Origin: a virus
Taxonomy: Duplodnaviria > Caudoviricetes
Strand: one strand, 5' to 3'
Length of the DNA: 57,866 nt
Virus record (IMG/VR): IMGVR_UViG_3300013014_000035
Coordinates: 1-57,866 of that record
The notes under the pieces are model-generated. The model was given only the letters and a program-made list of their open reading frames with translations, did not search any database and was not told the DNA's origin. The position numbers and the translations under genes are program-made. Positions 34,115-44,382 of this stretch are shown here, in pieces. The number at the start of each line of letters is the position of its first letter. The first letter of the stretch is position 1.

Positions 34115-36366
34115 TGTCAAAAATAGAAAAATTTGTATCATCTTTTATACCACAACAGTTCCCATCTTTTTATAAAGATGAAGGGCCTAATTTTATTGCA
34201 TTTATAAAAGCATATTATGAATGGCTTGAATCAAATAATCAAGTTTTAGATCATGCTAGATCATTACTTGATTATAATGATATTGATACAACTGAAGCAC
34301 AATTTCTGACTTATTTTAAAAATACATATCTAAATTCTTTACCAGAATCAATGCTTGTTGACAAGAGACTTTTGGTAAAACATGTCCTCGATTTGTATCG
34401 CTCTAAAGGCACACCGAGATCATATGAACTTCTGTTTCGTATGTTATTTAATGAGTCGATTGAACTTTATATACCAGGTAATTTTCTTCTTAAACCATCT
34501 GATGGCGAGTGGGTTGTTCCTAGATACATTGAAGTTTCAGATAGCTTATATCTTGAAAAATTAATTGGCAAACAAATCTACAATAGCAGTCATACAGCTA
34601 CAGCTGTTGTTGAAACGGTCAATCAAAAGATTGTCAACAGTCGCTTGATGCATGTTCTTTATCTTTCATCAATTGATGGTAGATTTAAATATGGTGAGAA
34701 AATACTATCTGAATCAGTTCCTGAAATAACTCTTGATAATGCGCCAAGAATTCTTGGTTCTTTAACCGCTGTTGCAATTGAAAATGGTGGCGCCGGTTTT
34801 GAGGTAGGTGATACAGTTGATATTACTGGTACCGGTGTTGGCGGTAAAGCAAGAATTGCCGGTATTCGTGATGAAAATGGTAAAGTTAATTTTAATTTAA
34901 TTAACGGTGGTAGTGGATATAGTGTGAATGCTGTTGTTACAGTAGCTACAGCACTTGATCTTGTTATTTCAAATACCGTTGGTACTTTTGGTGTTAGTAG
35001 TAAGGTAACAAGTTCAAATACAGCGGCTAATGGTAATATAGCATTCGCTAACAGTACTTTTATACAAATGACGGAGTTTAGTACAGGATTAAATTTTTAT
35101 ATCGGTGATAATATTACAAGTAATACTGGCGCATCTGCTACTGTCGTTAGTGTTATCGGCGGTGGTGGATCTGGCGCTTCATTTCAAATTGGTGGTATTG
35201 TAAATAAAGAAATTCTTTCTATTAATACGGATAAAATTAGTAGTAGTAATAATACAGGAACAAGTTATCTGGATAGAAATTTAAATGTTACTTGGTCATT
35301 TCCGAAAAATCCTACTGCAAATTTAACTTCCACAATTGATGAAACTCTCACTTTTAAAATAATTGAAACAGGTACTATTGCATTTTTATCAAATATTAAT
35401 CCTGGATCCGGTTATTCAGCAAATCCATATATTGATGTAATCGAACCCGATGTTGCAGGTCAAAGTTTTAATGATGGATTTGGTGGTATTAAAGGTCATA
35501 ATGCTACTGTAACATCTAAGGTTTCTAGTGCAAAAGGTGTTGTTACCGCTGTTGATGTTATTAATTCTGGCTTTGGATATACACCGAGTGATACTGTATT
35601 TCTTTCTTCACTTTATAATAGCGGTATAGTGGTTACTGGTTCCGCTGTGATTGACACTGACGGCAAAAGTGACGGTTACGCAAAAGATAACAAAGGTTAT
35701 CTAAGCGATGTTATGAAAATTCAAGATAGTTATTATTATCAGAATTTCTCATATGAAATTCTAGTGAATAGAATGTTGAGTGTATATGAGAAATTGGTAA
35801 AGGATTTGATTCACCCGTCTGGTGTTGCGTTGTTCGGTCGTTTCAGATTGAAGAATGAAATAACAGCGGATCAATCTGAAGCAGAAGCTTTTATAAAAAC
35901 AAAATACGATATATTCGTCGCTTCAGCCAATCAGACTTTGTTTACTCCACAAACTGGTTATACAGCTGGTAATTTAGATGTCTATCGAAATTATAAAATT
36001 ATAGCGAACACATCATATGCAAATAATACCGCAGATGTATTATCAGTTACGAATGCAAACACTTACATCGATGTGAATGATCCGATTTACTATAGCGTTC
36101 CTGTCGGTAATACGGCAATTTCTAATTTAACAGGCAATACATACTACTACGTTACATTTGCAAATTCGAGCTCGATTGCGCTGTCAACCACTATAGGAGG
36201 AACCAATGCAAATATTTTGGAAACAAGAACTGGAGCTGGAGAAATTCATGAATTCAAGGGTATCAAATTATCAAATTCCGAATTTACTGCAACAAATGGG
36301 GTTTCAGTAGCGTTGAATTCGGCAGCTGCTCTTGGTGACATTATCGAAATTCGCGCTTATTCTTAA
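34114..36366 (+). CDS. gp7: baseplate wedge initiator-like protein
   Basis: QFP.FY...GP.F..F.KAYYEW, LYRSKGT..S..LLFR, IQDSYYYQ.FSY, L.HPSG...FG. Confidence 0.7.
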   Translation: MSKIEKFVSSFIPQQFPSFYKDEGPNFIAFIKAYYEWLESNNQVLDHARSLLDYNDIDTTEAQFLTYFKNTYLNSLPESMLVDKRLLVKHVLDLYRSKGTPRSYELLFRMLFNESIELYIPGNFLLKPSDGEWVVPRYIEVSDSLYLEKLIGKQIYNSSHTATAVVETVNQKIVNSRLMHVLYLSSIDGRFKYGEKILSESVPEITLDNAPRILGSLTAVAIENGGAGFEVGDTVDITGTGVGGKARIAGIRDENGKVNFNLINGGSGYSVNAVVTVATALDLVISNTVGTFGVSSKVTSSNTAANGNIAFANSTFIQMTEFSTGLNFYIGDNITSNTGASATVVSVIGGGGSGASFQIGGIVNKEILSINTDKISSSNNTGTSYLDRNLNVTWSFPKNPTANLTSTIDETLTFKIIETGTIAFLSNINPGSGYSANPYIDVIEPDVAGQSFNDGFGGIKGHNATVTSKVSSAKGVVTAVDVINSGFGYTPSDTVFLSSLYNSGIVVTGSAVIDTDGKSDGYAKDNKGYLSDVMKIQDSYYYQNFSYEILVNRMLSVYEKLVKDLIHPSGVALFGRFRLKNEITADQSEAEAFIKTKYDIFVASANQTLFTPQTGYTAGNLDVYRNYKIIANTSYANNTADVLSVTNANTYIDVNDPIYYSVPVGNTAISNLTGNTYYYVTFANSSSIALSTTIGGTNANILETRTGAGEIHEFKGIKLSNSEFTATNGVSVALNSAAALGDIIEIRAYS

Positions 36367-36399
36367 AATAAATAGCATAAAAGGTAGTTGGGCGAAATA

Positions 36400-39300
36400 A
36401 TGGCAATACTTACAATTAATCATTACATCAATCAAGCAAATAGTTTTATTACGGATATCCGTAATAACAGAAATGCTTATTATTTGTTTGCGGCAAGGTC
36501 ACAACCATGGACTAACAGTTCAGGTGGCAATGATGATAGTACAAATTCAGTATTGCCTGCTAATAATTCCGTTGCTCAAGTCGAACAGTCTATTTACAAC
36601 GACATCCTTTATGGCAAGCTTCTAAAAGACGAAGATGTAACTAATTTAATCCCACGTTATAATTGGACTCAAGACACAATTTATGCCACGTATGATCAAA
36701 ATGAATCTGATCTTTATAGTAAAAAATTCTTTGTTGTAACCGACAAATACGAAGTTTATAAGTGCATTGATAATAACAATGGCGCTGTTTCATATGTTAA
36801 ACCTACACTTACCTCTACAAGTGGTACATTCAAAACTGGGGATGGTTATCTTTGGAAGTATATGTACACCATTGATTCAACTTCTAATACAAAATTTACT
36901 ACATCAAATTACATTCCTGTAAGTACAAATACTGCCGTTCAAGGAAATGCTACCCCTGGTTCCATTGATTTAATCAAAATTACCAATGGGGGTAAAGGAT
37001 ATTCTGTTTATGAAACAGGGTATATTGGTGGTGTTGTAAATTATGATAAAATTCAACTTCCAAATACTTCTTCCAGTATAAATGATTATTATACAAATTC
37101 ATCAATTTATTTAAAATCAGGTTTTGGCGCAGGTCAAATCAGAGAAATTAAAGCATCAAGTGGCACATCAAAACAAATAACGGTAAGCAAACCATTCAGC
37201 ACATTTGCTCGTCTTGATCTTGCTAATGTTCAAGGGACAATTACAACCGGTTATTATGCCGAACAGTCTTACGATCAGATTGATTATCTTTATACACAAG
37301 GTTACTATAATATAAAATCAACTATAACACAAACCGATACCGGTGCTACAGGTATTGTTATCTCTGCAAATACATCATCATTACAAGTTACACGAAACGG
37401 TTCGGCAGTTCAATTCGCACTTGGGTTGCCAATTGTAGACACAAGTCAATCCGGTACATCAAAACTTGGAACTGTATCTGTTGGTAATGTCGGCGCTTGT
37501 AATGTTGCATTTGTTACATCGGGTGGGTCTGGTTATAGTGCTAATGCTACAGTAACAATTACAGCCGCAGATTTAGGTTCTGGTGCGGTAGCAAATGCAC
37601 AAGCTACCACAGGAAAAATATCAAATATTAATATTCAAACTGCTGGGTCCAAATATTTTGTAGCACCAACACTGACAATTTCGGATCCAACACCTTTGAG
37701 TATTACCGCTAATACAAAAGGTGTCAATACTACGGCAAATGTTATTTTCCTTTCATCTGCTAATTCACTTTTTCAAGTAGGTGATAGACTTTATTACAAA
37801 GTTGTATCTAGTAATGCAATCCCTAGTCTTACTGGTAATGCATTTTACTATGTGACATTTGCCAATTCAACAGCTTTTGCTCTTTCTACAACAAAGACTG
37901 GTGCAAATATTGCGATTACAGAATCAAGAACTACCGATCCTTCTGAAAGCGGTCATACATTAACAGGTGATACTGCAACTGCTTTAATGTATTGTGATAA
38001 TCAGATTGTTCGTGGTTCCGGAACACAATTAAATGATAGCGCGAATGGTTATGCAAATGGTGAATATATTAGAGTAGGCCCAAATGCTGCAAATAATATT
38101 AGAAGAGTGGCTAATAATGTAAATACCTCATTATTAATTGTAACTTCTCCATTTAATACTTTATTTACAGCAACTTCCAATTCTCATTTTAAAATGCCTG
38201 TTGTTGCTGAACCGATATCAATTGGTCCCACAACAGTTAGTGGTGCTATTTCAAATACAAATTTGTCGTCTATTAAAATAGGAATTACAAATTCAGCTTT
38301 AACCAGTACATATTTTACAGTCGGTGAAAAGGTCAATATGACTAATTCAAGTCGTATTAATCAAGGCGCGAATGCTATAATTGCATATTCAAATTCATCG
38401 ACGGTTATTCTTTCTAGTGTATCTGGTACTTGGTCGGCAAATAGTGGTGGTGTTCAATTCTTTTTAAGTGGTGAATCTTCACAACAACTTTCACAAGTTA
38501 ATGAATTAACTACTAATCCTAATATAACAGTTAGTAGTCCTACAGGAACATTTAAACTTAATTATCCAGTATTAATTAGATCAAGTGTAACTAATTTGTT
38601 AAGTGGTAATGCCTTTATAATAGCACAAAGTACTTTACCTAATGATCAAACGGAATATCAAATAGGCCCAACAGTAAAAGTTACCGGAGATGGATCAAAT
38701 ACGGTTGGAATTGCGATCGTTAATACAGGAATTAATTCAAGTTATGATATTATTGGTGTTGATGTTATTAATCCTGGTTCTGGATATACTCAAGCAAATA
38801 TTAGCATATATGCAGGTTCCAATTATGGAAGCGGCGTAAATGCAACAGCTATAATCTCACCAATTAATGGTCACGGATATGATGCCGTAACAGAACTTGG
38901 TGGAAGATATGTTGGTATTGATGCTATATTTGATACAATCTCTAATGAAAATTATGATATTTTAGGATATGGTTCTTATAGAAAAGTAGGAATTTTGCAA
39001 AATCCACAATATAAAGATATTAAAGTTACTTTGACTGACTTTGATCGTGCTAATCTTACAATTAACCCATCAGGAATTCCAACATGGACTCCAGGGGAAG
39101 TTGTTTTACAATCTAATACTAATGCTGCTGGTGTTGTTGTATATGGTAATTCATCATTCCTTCAATTAAAAAATGTTAAGGGAACTTTTAATACCGCAAA
39201 TACAATAAAAGGTTATTATTCTAATTCCACAGCAAATGTAATTTCATTCAGTACAATATATTTCCCTGTCGGAAATTCGGCTGATATAGTAACCGAATTA

Positions 39301-40038
39301 AATTCTGGTGCAACTGGTATTATAACAAGAGCTTTTAGTAATACAGTATATTCTATGAGTAATGTTGTAGGTCAATTCGCAACGAATGATGTTATGTATG
39401 ATGGTATTGTAAATGCTTATGCTACTGTATCAAGCATTTACACAGCAAATGGAACAAAAGATGTTTCTTCAAGTTTTGGTAATAAGTTTAATCAAACGAC
39501 AAGAATAACTCTTACAGCAAATACCGGTACATTCCTTGATAATGAAAATGTACAACAAGAAATATCACTTGCAAGTGGTAGAGTTATTTCTTCTTCATAT
39601 GAAAAAGATCTTATAATTACAGGTATTAGTAGCGGCGGTTCATTTACTGTCGGTCAAACAATATTGGATACAACAACAAATGCATATGGTATTTGTACAT
39701 TTGCAAATAGTACATATATAAAACTTACAAATATAAGTCAGAATCTGGCTTTTGGTACTACTCATACCATAAATAATGGATTGGGAGTTACAGCTACTAT
39801 TTCTTCCGTTCTTCCAGTACTTGTTCTTAATAATATCTCTGATGTCAGTAGTTTCCAAACCAATAATCTTATTACCGGAATCACGTCAGGTGCTTCCGCA
39901 ACTTGCAACAATTATGCGTTAATTACAAATCCAGATTTAGTAAGAGATACAGGTAAATTAATTTATTCAGAGAGTTTTACACCAGTAACACGAGCTGCTG
40001 CTACCAAAGAAGAATTCAAATTGGTAATAAAGTTTTAA
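36400..40038 (+). CDS. gp8: extended baseplate wedge protein
   Basis: PRYNW, F.V.T..Y.VYKCIDNN.G..S..KPT, T.DGYLWKYMYTI, GHG.D...ELG, ends E..KLVI.F; ATG 36400. Confidence 0.7.
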   Translation: MAILTINHYINQANSFITDIRNNRNAYYLFAARSQPWTNSSGGNDDSTNSVLPANNSVAQVEQSIYNDILYGKLLKDEDVTNLIPRYNWTQDTIYATYDQNESDLYSKKFFVVTDKYEVYKCIDNNNGAVSYVKPTLTSTSGTFKTGDGYLWKYMYTIDSTSNTKFTTSNYIPVSTNTAVQGNATPGSIDLIKITNGGKGYSVYETGYIGGVVNYDKIQLPNTSSSINDYYTNSSIYLKSGFGAGQIREIKASSGTSKQITVSKPFSTFARLDLANVQGTITTGYYAEQSYDQIDYLYTQGYYNIKSTITQTDTGATGIVISANTSSLQVTRNGSAVQFALGLPIVDTSQSGTSKLGTVSVGNVGACNVAFVTSGGSGYSANATVTITAADLGSGAVANAQATTGKISNINIQTAGSKYFVAPTLTISDPTPLSITANTKGVNTTANVIFLSSANSLFQVGDRLYYKVVSSNAIPSLTGNAFYYVTFANSTAFALSTTKTGANIAITESRTTDPSESGHTLTGDTATALMYCDNQIVRGSGTQLNDSANGYANGEYIRVGPNAANNIRRVANNVNTSLLIVTSPFNTLFTATSNSHFKMPVVAEPISIGPTTVSGAISNTNLSSIKIGITNSALTSTYFTVGEKVNMTNSSRINQGANAIIAYSNSSTVILSSVSGTWSANSGGVQFFLSGESSQQLSQVNELTTNPNITVSSPTGTFKLNYPVLIRSSVTNLLSGNAFIIAQSTLPNDQTEYQIGPTVKVTGDGSNTVGIAIVNTGINSSYDIIGVDVINPGSGYTQANISIYAGSNYGSGVNATAIISPINGHGYDAVTELGGRYVGIDAIFDTISNENYDILGYGSYRKVGILQNPQYKDIKVTLTDFDRANLTINPSGIPTWTPGEVVLQSNTNAAGVVVYGNSSFLQLKNVKGTFNTANTIKGYYSNSTANVISFSTIYFPVGNSADIVTELNSGATGIITRAFSNTVYSMSNVVGQFATNDVMYDGIVNAYATVSSIYTANGTKDVSSSFGNKFNQTTRITLTANTGTFLDNENVQQEISLASGRVISSSYEKDLIITGISSGGSFTVGQTILDTTTNAYGICTFANSTYIKLTNISQNLAFGTTHTINNGLGVTATISSVLPVLVLNNISDVSSFQTNNLITGITSGASATCNNYALITNPDLVRDTGKLIYSESFTPVTRAAATKEEFKLVIKF

Positions 40039-40047
40039 GAGGACAGA

Positions 40048-43000
40048 ATGGCATTAGATACAGATCTTTCACGTAAGCCGTATTTTGACGATTATGTTGT
40101 AACAAAAAACTTTTACCGTATACTATACAGACCTGCCGCGGCAGTTCAAGCACGCGAACTCAATCAAATGCAAACTATCATGCAAGATCAGATTGGTAAA
40201 TTCGGTCGTTATGTTTTTAAAGAAGGTTCAGTTGTAGAAGGTTGTGCTTTTACCTTTGATAATGCATATAACTATGTAAAAATCGGGGATAATTATGCTA
40301 ACAATTTTGCAATATCAAATATCAATGATTTTGTTGGTAAAATTGCGATTAATTCAAACGGACTTAAAGCTCGTGTTGTTAATGCATTAGGTGGTTACGA
40401 ATCTGAAAATCCAAATTTAAATACATTATATGTTAAGTATATTAATTCCTCAACTTATTCCAATGGTGTTCAACAAACAGCATTTTCTAATTCCGAGGTA
40501 ATCCAAATACAAACAGATTCTGCTGTAAATATTGGTAATACTATTGTAGCTACAGTAACAAATTCAACAGGTCAAGGGTATGCATTTACCACTACCGAAG
40601 GTGTTATTTTCAAAAAAGGCTTCTTTATTAGAGTTGAGCCGCAGACTCTGGTTGTTACCAGATATAATAATGTACCAGATGGTATTTCGGTTGGTTTTGA
40701 AGCAGATGAACAAATCATAACACCTGAAATTGATACTTCACTTCTTGATAATGCCGCAGGTTCACCAAATTATGATGCACCTGGTGCACATCGTTTAAAG
40801 TTAGTTCCTAATCTTATTACAAGAAGTTCTTCTGATATAGCAAATTCCACTTCATTTTTCTCAGTCTGTGATTTTAAGAACGGTCTTCCAGTAAGTATCA
40901 AGAATGATCCGCAACTTGCTGTTCTTGGAAAACAACTTGCTCAGCGAACATATGAAACAAATGGTGATTATGTAGTAAATCCATTCTTACTTACAGTTGA
41001 TAATAGATATACAGATGGTGTTGCAAATACAAATTATTTAAATCTAGTTTCATCTGCAGGCGTCGGTTATGTAAAAGGCTCCAGAGTAGAATTTATTAAT
41101 AATAATACAATCCCACTACGTAAAGGTACTGATTATGAAACTGTTGTCAATCAAATTATATCATCAAATTTTGGTTATTATTTCAATGTAACTGAATATT
41201 GTGGTGATTTTAATAATGATCAAATAGCGCAGATTGATCTACATCGCGAAGCAAAATATGCTATTAGAGATAGAGGATTTTTGAGTACTGGAATAACAAC
41301 GGCTACAAAAATTGGTACCGCTTATTGCCGTGGTGTAGCATATAGTTCTGGAATTCCAGGAGCCGATGCTGTATATAGACTTTATATATTTAATATTAAT
41401 ATGCTTTCTGGCTATAGAATTGCAGATGTTCGTAGTGCCGTATATAAAACCGGAAGTACTTTAGCTATTGCCGATATTGTACTCACATATGATGCAGCAT
41501 CAAGTTCAAACATTGCTGTAATCCAAGATTCCGCAAACGAACTTATGATTCACCCATTCGGCCAAAAAGCTTTAAAGCTTGATGGATTTTCAAGTAGTCA
41601 ATATGTTTATAGAAATAAAGTAAGTCCACAAACATTTCAAACAAATGGTGCTGTTACCGTAAGTATATCAGCACCCGGGGAATCATTTCTTTATACGGGG
41701 CAATATTCACCTACAGCAGAAACTACTTTTATTGTAGTACCAACCACAAATGGTTATTCAACTTATAAAACAGGAAATGTAACAGTCACAAATAGTTCTG
41801 TGACTGTTACGGGTACTACGGGTACATTATTTTCATCTGAATATATTGTAGGTGATTATATCTATACAACGAATGGTATAGGTAGAATTTCGGCAATTGC
41901 AAATAATACATCAATGACTTTAGCTAGTATATTTGATGGTGCAACCGCCGGCAGTCCAATACAACATCAAAAAATTTGGCCTGCTGGTGTGCCTATAAAT
42001 TTTGTGAATGCACCTTCAAGAACAATATCGGCAACAACCTCGACTGCAACATTGAGTTTAAACGAGTCAACTAATGGCACATTTAACTCAAGTTTCTATT
42101 TTGATGTGCTTCGTTCTGGTACAGACAGTGCTGGTGCAAAACCTATAAAAAAAGTAATAAATAAAAATTCATATGTCAAAATTAAAGTATCAAATAATGT
42201 TGGTGGTACTACTGGTCCATGGTGTCTAGGTATACCTGATGTACTAAAAATAAATCACGTATATGTAGGTAATGGAACTTATTCTTCCAATACTACCACA
42301 AATCCTGATCTTGTATCAAATTTTGTTTTGGATAATGGTCAACGCGATTCATTTTATAACTTAGCATATATCTCATCAAAAACACCAATAAGTAATAATG
42401 CTACACTTCTTATTTCTTTGGATAATTTTACTTTTGATACATCTGGTGGCGTTGGATTCTTTACTGCTAATTCATATCCGATTGATGATGCTAATACAGC
42501 AAATACAACCGCCATTCAAACATATCAGATACCGACTTATACCACAACTTCAGGTACTTTAATTGATCTTAGGGATTCTGTTGATTTCAGACCATACGCA
42601 GTAAATACTGCTATAGCTAATGCTTCATATTCAGATGTATCATCACTTAATCCAAATCCCGCAAATACTTTAACTCTTTATTCATATTCCATTAATGGTT
42701 CATATCTTCCAAGCCCGGATTCAAATTACCAGTCAACTATTCAACATTATCTACCAAGACAAGACAGAGTAGCATTAACTACATCGGGCGAAATTTTAAT
42801 TACGGAAGGTATATCTTCTAATATACCAACACTTCCTGTTGAAGTACCAGGTACAATGACTATTGGTGCTGTTTCAATGACACCATATCCATCATTGAAA
42901 CCTGCCGATGCAAGTAATATTAATCGTTATGATTATGCGGTACAAACGGTAATTCAACAAACCAAACGATATACAATGGCAGATATTGGTAAGATTTCAG

Positions 43001-44343
43001 GTCGTATTGATCGACTTGAATACTATACATCACTATCACTGCTTGAGCAATCAGCTTCATCATTACTTGTACGAAGTAATGCAACAGGACAGAATAGATT
43101 TAAAAATGGTATTCTAGTTGATCCGTTTAAAGATCATAATATTGGTAATACACTAGATTCAAATTATCGTATCGCTATTGATTCAAATAGAGGTGAGGCA
43201 AGACCTTTCTTTAAGAATTATGGTGTTACCATGGTTTTTGATAGTGCTGCATCTACCGCAGTAAAAGTAGGTGAAATAGTATTATTACCATATACATCAG
43301 TGGTTGAACAACAACAAGTATATGCTTCAAAATATAGAAATTGTATTGAAGGTAATATCTATAATTATAGAGGATCGGTAACTCTTGATCCACCAGCCGC
43401 AATTACTCCAGATCTTACAGTAAATCCTGATATCGTAAGTAATCTTGATCAATCATCAAATTGGATTAACGTTGCAAATTATATTTCAACTGCTTGGGGA
43501 ACACAATGGGGTGCTTGGACTAACGTCGGTCAAGCGGCCTATGTTTCACAAGATAGTCAAACTTATCAAACGGGTCAGGCAACCAATCCCGACGGAAGTA
43601 TTTCCCAGAGTTATCAAACACAAACGACCACAACACTATCACAGCAACAACAACAAGTCGGTCAGCAAATAACTACTACTCCATCCACTACTACAATTGC
43701 ACTTGGTGATTTTGTAACGAATGTCTCTATTTTACCTTATGTAAAAGCAATGAATGTATTGTTTACTGCATCAGGAATGAAGCCCGGTACAAAATTATAT
43801 GCTTATTTTAATGGTATTCCGGTTTTAAATCGCTGTATACCTGTAATACCATATAGTGGTTCTGTGTCAACCGTTGGTGGTATAGTGGTATCTTCAAATA
43901 ATAAACCAGTTTGGAAAGATTCTGCGGGTAAATATTATGAATTTGTGTCCGGAAATTGGGGTGCTTCAATTACGGCTGATTCATCCGGAAATGTTTATGG
44001 TATATTCTCTATCCCGGATTCCACATTTAAATCTGGTGATCTTGAATTTAAATTAACAGATATTTCTAATCTAACACAGGGTGAATCGGCAGTTACAACA
44101 CAAGCTACTACAATGTTTCTTGCAAGTCAACTTTCAGTACAAAAAAGTTCTGCTAAACTTCAAGTTAGATCGGCAACAATAAATACACAAGAAGTTGTAC
44201 AAAATAGAACCATTCAGCAAAATACAGTTCAATATACTGACTTTACTCAATATATTCCGGCACCATATGTGGATCCGGGACCAGTTGACTACGGTTGGTA
44301 TTCATATGGATCTGCCGATGGCGGCTCTGGTGGCGCCGAATAA
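40048..44343 (+). CDS. large virion structural protein (DUF4815-like)
   Basis: PYFDD....K.FYR.L.RP..AVQARELNQ.Q, APGAHRLK, RTYETNGDY.V, DNGQRD.FY, RYTM.DIG....RI..LEYYT.LSLLE, RFKNG..VD.F. Confidence 0.8.
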   Translation: MALDTDLSRKPYFDDYVVTKNFYRILYRPAAAVQARELNQMQTIMQDQIGKFGRYVFKEGSVVEGCAFTFDNAYNYVKIGDNYANNFAISNINDFVGKIAINSNGLKARVVNALGGYESENPNLNTLYVKYINSSTYSNGVQQTAFSNSEVIQIQTDSAVNIGNTIVATVTNSTGQGYAFTTTEGVIFKKGFFIRVEPQTLVVTRYNNVPDGISVGFEADEQIITPEIDTSLLDNAAGSPNYDAPGAHRLKLVPNLITRSSSDIANSTSFFSVCDFKNGLPVSIKNDPQLAVLGKQLAQRTYETNGDYVVNPFLLTVDNRYTDGVANTNYLNLVSSAGVGYVKGSRVEFINNNTIPLRKGTDYETVVNQIISSNFGYYFNVTEYCGDFNNDQIAQIDLHREAKYAIRDRGFLSTGITTATKIGTAYCRGVAYSSGIPGADAVYRLYIFNINMLSGYRIADVRSAVYKTGSTLAIADIVLTYDAASSSNIAVIQDSANELMIHPFGQKALKLDGFSSSQYVYRNKVSPQTFQTNGAVTVSISAPGESFLYTGQYSPTAETTFIVVPTTNGYSTYKTGNVTVTNSSVTVTGTTGTLFSSEYIVGDYIYTTNGIGRISAIANNTSMTLASIFDGATAGSPIQHQKIWPAGVPINFVNAPSRTISATTSTATLSLNESTNGTFNSSFYFDVLRSGTDSAGAKPIKKVINKNSYVKIKVSNNVGGTTGPWCLGIPDVLKINHVYVGNGTYSSNTTTNPDLVSNFVLDNGQRDSFYNLAYISSKTPISNNATLLISLDNFTFDTSGGVGFFTANSYPIDDANTANTTAIQTYQIPTYTTTSGTLIDLRDSVDFRPYAVNTAIANASYSDVSSLNPNPANTLTLYSYSINGSYLPSPDSNYQSTIQHYLPRQDRVALTTSGEILITEGISSNIPTLPVEVPGTMTIGAVSMTPYPSLKPADASNINRYDYAVQTVIQQTKRYTMADIGKISGRIDRLEYYTSLSLLEQSASSLLVRSNATGQNRFKNGILVDPFKDHNIGNTLDSNYRIAIDSNRGEARPFFKNYGVTMVFDSAASTAVKVGEIVLLPYTSVVEQQQVYASKYRNCIEGNIYNYRGSVTLDPPAAITPDLTVNPDIVSNLDQSSNWINVANYISTAWGTQWGAWTNVGQAAYVSQDSQTYQTGQATNPDGSISQSYQTQTTTTLSQQQQQVGQQITTTPSTTTIALGDFVTNVSILPYVKAMNVLFTASGMKPGTKLYAYFNGIPVLNRCIPVIPYSGSVSTVGGIVVSSNNKPVWKDSAGKYYEFVSGNWGASITADSSGNVYGIFSIPDSTFKSGDLEFKLTDISNLTQGESAVTTQATTMFLASQLSVQKSSAKLQVRSATINTQEVVQNRTIQQNTVQYTDFTQYIPAPYVDPGPVDYGWYSYGSADGGSGGAE

Positions 44344-44382
44344 TTTTTGATTTATAGAAAATAAGAAGGAAAGTTTCATTAG

